A DNA stretch of 25,348 nt, taken from Promethearchaeota archaeon. GTDB taxonomy: Archaea; Asgardarchaeota; Lokiarchaeia; Sigyniarchaeales; SOKP01. The stretch covers positions 1 through 25,348 of the forward strand of contig JAFGGO010000003.1 in NCBI GenBank assembly GCA_016930515.1, in the 5' to 3' direction. The position numbers and the translations under genes are program-made. Below are positions 18,429 to 25,348 of this stretch, in pieces (within the stretch, counting starts at the first letter, position 1; every line of letters starts with the position of its first letter). Below the pieces are notes generated by a model. The model was not told the DNA's origin. It saw nothing but the letters and a program-made list of their open reading frames with translations, and made no database searches.

Positions 18429-18838
18429 AATGCTTAGATTCTGATATTATAATAGGTTTTTTAAGAGGTAAAGCCGAATTTTTAAAAAAAATGAAAGAGT
18501 TAGAAAATGAAGCTCTTGCTACAACAACCATAAATACATTTGAATTATTATACGGAGCAAAAATATCTAACAAATCTGAAAATAATTTAGAAGAATTAAA
18601 GAAATTATTAAATCACTTTACCATATTCCCTTTTGATTTAAAATCTAGTCACGAAGCAAGTTCAATATTTGCAGATTTACGAAAAATAGGCCACCCAATT
18701 GGAATAAAAGATATTTTAATTGCGGGTATTTGTCGATCTAACAATTTAGAGCTAATAACTGAAAATATTAAACATTTTAAGAATGTAAAAGAGCTAAAAA
18801 TCAAAGGTCTAAGTGATTCCCAGAATAATTCAAAATAA
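18425..18838 (+). CDS. vapC: VapC PIN-domain ribonuclease toxin (start ATG 18425)
   Basis: MKCLDSDIII, TTTINTFELLYG, IGIKDILIAG, LITENIKHF. Confidence 0.92.
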   Translation: MKCLDSDIIIGFLRGKAEFLKKMKELENEALATTTINTFELLYGAKISNKSENNLEELKKLLNHFTIFPFDLKSSHEASSIFADLRKIGHPIGIKDILIAGICRSNNLELITENIKHFKNVKELKIKGLSDSQNNSK

Positions 18839-18847
18839 AACAAATAC

Positions 18848-19030
18848 ACGAATGTAATAGAAACGCAAAAAAGATATTCAATTTATGAAATTTATGAAGA
18901 ACCTTATCTTGATATTGTAATTGATGGAATTTATCTCGATGAATATCTCGATAGACTTTTTCAAGAAAGACATATAAAAGGATTAGTTCCTCCATGTTCT
19001 GGTTATCAACTGATAATAGAAGACTCTTTT
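18848..19030 (+). pseudogene. Possible N-terminal fragment of an uncharacterized protein (ACG in place of ATG; probable frameshift)
   Basis: Frame reads (T)NVIETQKRYSIYEIYEEPYLDIVIDGIYLDEYLDRLFQERHIKGLVP, continuing as FWLSTDN in a shifted frame. Family recognition is from memory only. Confidence 0.35.
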
Positions 19031-19037
19031 TTACCTA

Positions 19038-19331
19038 TCATCCTTCCCTTTCGATTGCTTCCTCTTTACTCTTCTCAATGTGATCTAACATTTCTTTAAC
19101 AGTAAAAGAATCTTTTCTTAAGTCTTCAGTAGAGCGTATTGGAATGATCTTAAGAGTCCCTTCGTCTTCGATTATCAGTACCTTATCACCATCCTTTAAA
19201 TCATACTGCTTCCTGAGCCTTGCAGGTATCGTAATCATTCCACGATTGGTGATCAATACTTCTTTTTCCTTGGGAAGGTAATCAACATCCACGATATCAC
19301 TAAGTAAATTATAAAAATGCTTAGTATTCAT
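19038..19331 (-). CDS. AbrB/MazE/SpoVT-family antitoxin, orphan (true start may be downstream)
   Basis: ITNRGMITIPARLRKQYDLKDGDKV. An ATGA-coupled downstream ORF stops after 11 codons (MIGKKESSIIS*). Confidence 0.85.
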   Translation of the reverse strand: MNTKHFYNLLSDIVDVDYLPKEKEVLITNRGMITIPARLRKQYDLKDGDKVLIIEDEGTLKIIPIRSTEDLRKDSFTVKEMLDHIEKSKEEAIEREG

Positions 19332-19376
19332 CCTTTTTGCTTGAAATTCAAAAATCTAGAAAAACTAGACATGTGC

Positions 19377-20990
19377 TCAATCCTTCTTTAACTCAAATAA
19401 TTTCGGTATCTCGAACGATTCTAAGTGCTTTTCACAAAAATCTCTAATCTCGTCGACTAAATTGTCGCTCTCCTCAAATCCCTCCTTCAAGAGGATAATT
19501 GCCTTGATAAAATGGCTCTCAGGGTTATCAGGGTCAGATACTCCCACGACCTTGGCTTCATCCACGGCATCGTGCTTTAAGAGTGCTTCTTCAATATTCT
19601 TAGGATATACGAATCTATGAAGAGGTTCAGGCAGATCTTTTCTATCAACAATGTATATGTAACCCTCGTCGTCCATCCTTGCGATGTCTCCCGTGAGAAA
19701 CCAACCTTCTTTCACCCGTTTGGCAGTTAGTTCAGGCTCGTTCCAATATCCTTTTAAAAGGGAATCTTCTTTCACCATGATTTCACCGACTTCACCTAAC
19801 GGCACGACCTTTCCATAATCTTCGACTTCAACGAGTTTGAACTCGATGTTCGGAAGGGGCATTCCGATGGACGCTCTTTTACGCTCGCCATTAACAGGGT
19901 TTGAAGCGATTACCGAGCCCGATTCCGTCATTCCGTAGTATTCAATTATTTTAGCACCGGTAATATCCTCGAACTCTTGAATCGTCTCGGGAGGTAAGGG
20001 CGCAGCTCCCGATTCGCATATCTTTATGGTCTTGAATCGCCGAGCAAGGATCTTGAATTCTTCGTTTTCAAGGAGCATAATGTAAGTCCTTGGCACGCCT
20101 AAAAGGTGCGTAGGGTGCGATTTTTTGAACACTTCAAGAAAGGAATCTTGATCTCGTAGATCCGAATATAAAGCTATACATCCACCAATATTGACGAATG
20201 TATTTATGCAAATGGTCGAGACAAGCATGTAGTATAGTGGAAGTTGCGTTAGCACGGTTTCTTTTCCACGAGTCATATAATCTCTTGTCCATTGTTCGTA
20301 TATCTTGGCGCCATTTATCAGGGCATAATGCGTCAGCATTGCACCTTTTGGTAATCCTGTAGTACCTCCAGTGTATTGGAGAACGGCAATATCCTCATGC
20401 GCTTTTGTTTCAAAGGTAGGCGGACTAGGTTTCGCGTTATTAATGAGGTTTAAGAGTTGCATCGTTCCCTTGATTTCTGGAGGATTTTTATTCCCTTTCG
20501 GTGTGAAATCATAAGCGTTCGATATTATCACATGATGAAGGCTTGTTGAATCCTTGATATTATTAATTTTATCGAGTTGGACGCTATCGGCAAAGAGGAT
20601 CTCTGCGCCAGAATCGCATAATTGGTGTTCCAATTCGTTTTCAAAACAACTCGTATTGAACGGGCACACGATGCCACCCGCTCTCAATATACCGTAATAA
20701 GCCACGATATATTGGGGCGCGTTCGACATCAACAATCCAAGCACGTCTCCTTTTTTCACGCCCAAATTGAATAACGCCGTCGCAAGCTTGTCGACATATT
20801 CCTTAAGTTTCTTGTAGGTCATCCTTTTTTTAAGAAAATAAATAGCGGGTCGCTTTCCATAGTATTTTGCGGTTTTTTCTAAAAGCTCGTATACATTCAT
20901 TTCAGGAACATCTACAGCGGAAGGCACGCCTTTATCGTAATTTCTTGTCCAAAATTGGGAAGAGTACGGATTTTCGATATATTTGTTCAT
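19377..20990 (-). CDS. Long-chain fatty acyl-CoA ligase-like AMP-binding protein, lacking the C-terminal A10 motif
   Basis: QYTGGTTGLPKG, YGMTES, GYWNEP, TGDIARMDDEGYIYIVDR. Ends at IPKLFELKKD with no P.T..GK. Confidence 0.88.
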   Translation of the reverse strand: MNKYIENPYSSQFWTRNYDKGVPSAVDVPEMNVYELLEKTAKYYGKRPAIYFLKKRMTYKKLKEYVDKLATALFNLGVKKGDVLGLLMSNAPQYIVAYYGILRAGGIVCPFNTSCFENELEHQLCDSGAEILFADSVQLDKINNIKDSTSLHHVIISNAYDFTPKGNKNPPEIKGTMQLLNLINNAKPSPPTFETKAHEDIAVLQYTGGTTGLPKGAMLTHYALINGAKIYEQWTRDYMTRGKETVLTQLPLYYMLVSTICINTFVNIGGCIALYSDLRDQDSFLEVFKKSHPTHLLGVPRTYIMLLENEEFKILARRFKTIKICESGAAPLPPETIQEFEDITGAKIIEYYGMTESGSVIASNPVNGERKRASIGMPLPNIEFKLVEVEDYGKVVPLGEVGEIMVKEDSLLKGYWNEPELTAKRVKEGWFLTGDIARMDDEGYIYIVDRKDLPEPLHRFVYPKNIEEALLKHDAVDEAKVVGVSDPDNPESHFIKAIILLKEGFEESDNLVDEIRDFCEKHLESFEIPKLFELKKD

Positions 20991-21058
20991 TATATCTTTT
21001 GTTTTTTTCCTTATTTACAAGAAGATAATAGATTAATTAATTTAAAGGTATATTTTCA

Positions 21059-21100
21059 TTTGGAGTATCATTTTATATCTAAGATTGCAAGGAATTTATT
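21059..21100 (+). repeat. Composite dispersed repeat: left half recurs at 22730-22753, right half at 13856-13880
   Basis: tttggagtatcattttatatctaa vs tttggagtatcattctatttctaa (22/24); right half 23/25. Confidence 0.55.
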
Positions 21101-21193
21101 ACCTTTTTAATATATTAAAAAAGAGAAAAAGTATAAGGAATTAAAACCGTGTTAATTAAAAGGAGGCATGGAACACGAAATTAAACGAAGATG

Positions 21194-21349
21194 CTAAGAT
21201 TCTGAGTCTTCTTTTTTTCTTAGCAGGATTCCCTTGTCAATTGCTTCAAATACGACTTTATCGTCAACATTAAGCGCTACTTTCTCTCTAATGTCTTTAG
21301 GGATAGTGATTTGACCATTTTGCGATATTTTTGATTCTTCGACAATGAT
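21194..21349 (-). CDS. Small AbrB/MazE-family DNA-binding protein with no ATG/GTG/TTG in frame (non-canonical start or pseudogene)
   Basis: Own translation IIVEESKISQNGQITIPKDIREKVALNVDDKVVFEAIDKGILLRKKEDSES*. An in-frame TAG lies a few codons upstream. Confidence 0.7.
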   Translation of the reverse strand: MIVEESKISQNGQITIPKDIREKVALNVDDKVVFEAIDKGILLRKKEDSES

Positions 21350-21442
21350 CTCACAAGTAAAAAATATGGATCTCTACCAAATATATCTTCCTTTCCATTA
21401 TATTTGATTTATTTCATCAATCAGATAATTTAAAAATAAGAA

Positions 21443-21862
21443 TCAGAATGAGATTAATTCAAGATCTTCAAATCTCTTGAAATGCTTTTGATTATTTGTT
21501 ACGAGCTTTTGATAACCATTAGAAAGGATAATTGCAGCTATAAGACAATCAAAAATCTCAACTTGTTGTCCTTTTCCTCTTAATTTCATGTTTAATTCAG
21601 CACCCAAAACTGCACTTTTTAAATCAAGAGAAAAACAATTTAATTCCTTAATTAATTGATCCAAATCAGTTGATAATTCTTTAAATTTACTTGATGAAAG
21701 ATCCTTCTTTTGGTATTTAAGTTTATAAAGTCCGTAATACAATTCGACAACCGAAGGAGAGGTTATACCAATTTTATCCGAGCTCAATTTAATAATTAAG
21801 TCGTCTAAAGTATTTTGAGCGTTTAGAATCTGAATTGCAACATTCGTGTCGATAAAAATCAT
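21443..21862 (-). CDS. vapC: VapC PIN-domain toxin
   Basis: MIFIDTNVAI, SVVELYYG, FDCLIAAII, LVTNNQKHF. Confidence 0.92.
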   Translation of the reverse strand: MIFIDTNVAIQILNAQNTLDDLIIKLSSDKIGITSPSVVELYYGLYKLKYQKKDLSSSKFKELSTDLDQLIKELNCFSLDLKSAVLGAELNMKLRGKGQQVEIFDCLIAAIILSNGYQKLVTNNQKHFKRFEDLELISF

Positions 21863-21863
21863 T

Positions 21864-22100
21864 CTACTGAAATCTCTTATTTATTTCATTACGGATTTCT
21901 TCGTGCGAAACCTCCATTATTTCAAAATATTCTTGAGGTAATTCTTTCCAGCGGCCTATAAAAGGCTTTAGATTGGGTTTTTTTTTTTCTTTTTCACCTA
22001 ACAATTTATCTATCAATTGAGAAAATGTTTCATTTTCCTTTTTTTTCTTTAATAATCGTTTATAGGTTTCTTCATCAATATCTATTGTTTTTGATGTCAT
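21864..22100 (-). CDS. vapB: VapB antitoxin (DUF217-type)
   Basis: SKTIDIDEETYKRLLKKKKENETFSQLIDKL; lies 1 nt upstream of vapC. Confidence 0.88.
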   Translation of the reverse strand: MTSKTIDIDEETYKRLLKKKKENETFSQLIDKLLGEKEKKKPNLKPFIGRWKELPQEYFEIMEVSHEEIRNEINKRFQ

Positions 22101-22226
22101 TATTTTTTACCACTCTAATTTATCTATGAAAATTAAGAATTTTAAATATTAATAATTAAGTGCGCATTGTTTTTCTAAATTTTTCCAATTTCGTCCAAAT
22201 TTAATGTCGTGTTTTATTATTCCTAT

Positions 22227-22364
22227 CTAATACTTCAGTTGTTGTTCCAAGCCACAAGACATGCACACATAGAAGTTAGCCCCCAACTGAACCATTTTCC
22301 CGCCGCATTCCGAACAGGTTCTATTAGTGGCAGTAAATTTCGGGCGTCCCGCAATTCTATCCAT
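22227..22364 (-). CDS. 45-aa C4 zinc-ribbon microprotein
   Basis: Own translation MDRIAGRPKFTATNRTCSECGGKMVQLGANFYVCMSCGLEQQLKY* (CxxC-x13-CxxC). SD AGGAGGTGA at 22403-22395. Confidence 0.7.
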   Translation of the reverse strand: MDRIAGRPKFTATNRTCSECGGKMVQLGANFYVCMSCGLEQQLKY

Positions 22365-22555
22365 CCTTCTCGACGATCTTGTTACAATATCTTTTCACCT
22401 CCTTTATCCTAATTGAAACTACATCTTATCAGAATAGGAATTTTAAAGGTCAATAGAGAATTTGAAGTCCGTATCTCGAAAATCCTTTCCGCATCCCTTA
22501 TATCTTATTATCAAGCAGAGATTTTAGATTATAAGGGGGAATATGATTTATTATC

Positions 22556-22695
22556 GGTAATTATAGGATAGAGTATTGTTGATTTGATACCCTGAAGATG
22601 TGTTGTTTCAATCTATTTCCAGGTAGTTAGAGGGTAGAGTATTGTTGATTTAATACTCTGAAGAAATGTAGTATCAATCCATTTCTTGGCAGTTA
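22556..22695. repeat. 66-bp tandem repeat (about 2.1 copies)
   Basis: 22569-22629 vs 22635-22695: 51/61 identical; similarity extends back to ~22556. Confidence 0.85.
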
Positions 22696-22806
22696 CACAG
22701 TTAAATTTCATTTGAATATTGATGGTTTGTTTGGAGTATCATTCTATTTCTAAATCGTTGATAGGTATCCGTGAAAAAATGAAAAAATCTAAATAATAAA
22801 AAAGAG

Positions 22807-22962
22807 GTGTTAAAAATAGAAGACTTTGGAAACGATATTTTTATTCTTTTAACAGAAAGGCAACTCTTAGCTCTGGAATGGGTTTCCTTTTTAAAAGGGA
22901 TGAGTCCGGAGGATTTTATAAAAGATCAGATAGTTGAACTCTTGGAGTTTTATCTAAGATAA
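22807..22962 (+). CDS. 51-aa putative ribbon-helix-helix-like microprotein
   Basis: Own translation (M)LKIEDFGNDIFILLTERQLLALEWVSFLKGMSPEDFIKDQIVELLEFYLR*. Strand-helix-G-S-helix pattern; GAGGTG at the 5' end. Fold is inferred. Confidence 0.45.
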   Translation: MLKIEDFGNDIFILLTERQLLALEWVSFLKGMSPEDFIKDQIVELLEFYLR

Positions 22963-23091
22963 AAATCAATTAATATTTCTTGTAGGTTAGTGTCGTTTGG
23001 ATATTCCTTGATTAAATTATTAATACATTTTTCCGCTTCAATGTAATCAAGCATCTCTGATAAAATATATAAAACTCTAATCAGCACGAAG

Positions 23092-24003
23092 TCATCCAAA
23101 CAACAATTTTTCTTTCCACGTGTCAAAATACATCACTTTGTACATTATATCGAATGTGACCGATTCGATGCGTTCTTTCTTGACGCTCTCTACGATTTCG
23201 TTCAATTCTTTCATCGTGTTGGTCCAGACCCAGCATAAAACGAGGTTAGGAAGGTTGCTAAATTGCCAGCTGTAAAAAATGTTGGGAGAATGATCGACAT
23301 TCAATTTTCGGGCGATCTCGTTCTTATCCGCGGACGGGTTGAGGGTTACTTGGAGCAGGGCAAACACGTCATTGGACGCTCCAGGATTGAAATTAATGGA
23401 CAGTTCGATGACGCCCTCCTCGATTAATCGAGTTAACCGCCGGCGAACCGTGCTCGAGGTGCTTTTTATCTCTTCGGTGATTTCCGACACGGGTTTTCGC
23501 GAGTCCTCGCGCAACGCCCGGATGATTGCCACATCTAATTCGTCGTAGCTCATCGATCGCGACCTGGGAACGATGTAAGGTATGGGCGCGTCGTACGAAA
23601 CTCCCGAGAGCATTCCGATTTTGGGAGATTGCATCATTGCCGTGCGAGAAACGAACGACGAGTACTCTTCTAATTGATGCACATCCTTTAACATTGCTCC
23701 CACGTATAGGTAATTTCGACTCGATAAGATGACTTGCCAGGTGTTCTCGTGGCTTCCCAAGTTTAGAATGGCCTGCTCGATGTTGTCCGTGCTGCTCTGT
23801 CCAAGGATAAAGACGTAAAGGGCGTTTATGGCGTACGGCTTGATCTTTGCCGTGAATTTCTCGATAATCTTCAGATCAACGAGGTTTTGAACCCTCTTGT
23901 ACGCCGCGTTTACGGACAAGCCTAAATAGTCGGATATTTCTCTATAAGACAATCTCGAATTGTTAAACAAGAGCAGGACGATCTTCAGATCCGTTTCATC
24001 CAT
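23092..24003 (-). CDS. Tandem (double) Lrp/AsnC-family transcriptional regulator; start probably ATG 24003
   Basis: Two HTH units: MDETDLKIVLLLFNNSRLSYREISDYLGLSVNAAYKRV and DELDVAIIRALREDSRKPVSEI...TVRRRLTRLIEEGVI. Confidence 0.9.
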   Translation of the reverse strand: MDETDLKIVLLLFNNSRLSYREISDYLGLSVNAAYKRVQNLVDLKIIEKFTAKIKPYAINALYVFILGQSSTDNIEQAILNLGSHENTWQVILSSRNYLYVGAMLKDVHQLEEYSSFVSRTAMMQSPKIGMLSGVSYDAPIPYIVPRSRSMSYDELDVAIIRALREDSRKPVSEITEEIKSTSSTVRRRLTRLIEEGVIELSINFNPGASNDVFALLQVTLNPSADKNEIARKLNVDHSPNIFYSWQFSNLPNLVLCWVWTNTMKELNEIVESVKKERIESVTFDIMYKVMYFDTWKEKLLFG

Positions 24004-24302
24004 ACATAATAATGCAAGGAACGAGGTAATAAGGTTTTCGTCGAACTCGTTGAGCGCGCGTTCCTGAGCGCCTAATGGTCGCGTTTTGACGGTTAAAAAT
24101 AGGCTCGCTATATCCACGACGGTTGACGAATGCGTTAATGTTCTTGATGTTCTTGCGAAATGTTCACGCGGAAGTAGACGAATCGATCGTTCTTGAGCGG
24201 ATTCATGGCGATTTTTTCAACATGTCGTGGAACATTGATTTATAAGGAGCTCGATTGTTTTATCCTCTTAAGATAATAAAAATCAATAAACGATGTGAAA
24301 CG

Positions 24303-25091
24303 ATGAAAATTCTTGCAATAATCGGCAGCTACCGAAAAAACGGCCACACGTCCAAGATCGTGTCGCTTTTACGGGAAGAAGTGGACATTCTGGCCTCACT
24401 GGATCGGGAGGTTATTGAGTTCGAAATGTTGTTTCTCGGAGACTACGAGCTCAATCACTGCACGGGATGCCGGGCGTGCATGACCCGCGGGGAGCAGTTT
24501 TGTCCCTTGAAGGACGATGTCTCCCTTTTAAAGTCAAAAATCAAGGAGTCCGACGCGATTATCTTCGCAAGTCCCGTGTACGTGGGCGACGTGAGTTCCT
24601 CCATGAAAGCATTGATCGACCGATTGGCCTATACTTGTCATCGCCAGGAATTTTACGACAAGTGCACCTTGATTCTCGCAACGACCAACGCCACCAGCTT
24701 GAAGCGCACGATTCGAACGATAGGCGCCGCCACCTATAGTTGGGGGTTCAAGACGCTCGGAACGAAGGGATTCAGGACGGTGTCGTCAAACGACTCGAAA
24801 GAAAGCTTGCGCAACAGGTATAGCAAGGACATTTCCATGCTCGCCAAGAAGCTGTACATCGGAGTGAGAAACAAGAGCTACTTGCGCCCTTCCGCTCTTT
24901 CTCTTGCGTCTTTCAAGCTCCAGCAAAAAAGCAGGGCCAATCCCGAGCGATCTCCTCCCATAGATTACAATTATTGGAAAGAAAAGGGATGGGCGGACCC
25001 AAAAATCGCGTATTACATCGACCATCAGGCGGGCGCGCTGACGAAATTGGGCTCGAAACTGTTGTACGGGTTGTTCTCGCTCGTGTTTTAA
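24303..25091 (+). CDS. Flavodoxin-family/iron-sulfur flavoprotein (NADPH-dependent FMN reductase fold); start probably ATG 24303
   Basis: MKILAIIGSYRKNGHT, CTGCRACMTRGEQFC (Cx2Cx2Cx7C), IIFASPVY, MKALIDR. TTTATAA at ~24239. Confidence 0.9.
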   Translation: MKILAIIGSYRKNGHTSKIVSLLREEVDILASLDREVIEFEMLFLGDYELNHCTGCRACMTRGEQFCPLKDDVSLLKSKIKESDAIIFASPVYVGDVSSSMKALIDRLAYTCHRQEFYDKCTLILATTNATSLKRTIRTIGAATYSWGFKTLGTKGFRTVSSNDSKESLRNRYSKDISMLAKKLYIGVRNKSYLRPSALSLASFKLQQKSRANPERSPPIDYNYWKEKGWADPKIAYYIDHQAGALTKLGSKLLYGLFSLVF

Positions 25092-25093
25092 AA

Positions 25094-25135
25094 CGACCTC
25101 TCGATCGTCGAGGTTGCCTTTCGTGGTTTTTTTTT
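25094..25135 (+). terminator. Hairpin plus oligo-T terminator
   Basis: cgacctc...gaggttg stem followed by a T9 run after the stop codon. Confidence 0.45.
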
Positions 25136-25348
25136 CGTACTGTTTTATATTTGTGATAAATTTTTAAGATGTGATGGTTATAAAAACAAAATAACCAAAC
25201 ACGAATATTAGTGATTTTAGAAGATGTCTTATTTTTCAATGTTTTCCTTGGTTATATTTTTTTTAGGCAATAAAATGTCAAAGGGTGAAAAAAATTAATC
25301 ATCAAGCGTGGGATAATCCGTGTATCCAAATTTTCCCTTATTGTAAAA

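Noticed and set aside
22391-22695. CRISPR array (66-bp period, GTTTCAATC and ATTGAAAC words)
   Set aside because: Similarity spans the whole unit, so there are no unique spacers. Only about two copies, and no cas genes.
24004-24302. N-terminal extensions of the Lrp (to 24117) and flavoprotein (from 24255) ORFs
   Set aside because: Family-typical N-termini begin at ATG 24003 and ATG 24303; the extensions cover the promoter spacer.
738-25239. Short ORF-track calls overlapping real genes (e.g. 738-923, 939-1130, 3181-3402, 3999-4379, 5293-5655, 8793-9128, 14209-14433, 18801-18995, 22209-22412, 24467-24739, 24913-25239)
   Set aside because: Antisense or alternate-frame shadows of better-supported genes, with no motifs.

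Overview
AT-rich archaeal DNA, most likely from an Asgard (Lokiarchaeia/Promethearchaeia-type) genome. This is inferred from the style of the NosD/PKD surface protein, the SIR2-TPR protein, the TM-tailed ArsR regulator and TTTAWA promoters. There are no core, rRNA, tRNA, CRISPR, integrase or transposase genes. It is an accessory, high-turnover region. Intact genes include hemerythrin, a SAM methyltransferase, a TetR/EFR1-ferredoxin operon, a duplicated zinc-ribbon membrane protein, SIR2-TPR, ArsR-TM, a CrtI-like FAD oxidoreductase, a beta-helix plus 5xPKD glycoprotein, two intact VapBC pairs, an acyl-CoA synthetase lacking its C-terminal catalytic motif, and a double-Lrp regulator with an Fe-S flavoprotein. 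These are interleaved with about ten gene fragments. The most unusual signal is a set of short direct repeats that bracket blocks of genes. They are a copy of the methyltransferase 3' end (310-398 vs 1482-1570), a copy of the ArsR 5' end (2365-2402 vs 11351-11391), and a composite site at 21059-21100 whose halves recur at 22730 and 13856. Together they suggest repeated block insertion or shuffling, though no recombinase is in the window. Several sub-60-aa ORFs missed by the ORF track are also present: an AT-hook/SNF2 N-terminus, an AbrB, a C4 zinc ribbon and an RHH-like protein, the last two flanking a 66-bp tandem repeat. All alignments were done by eye.
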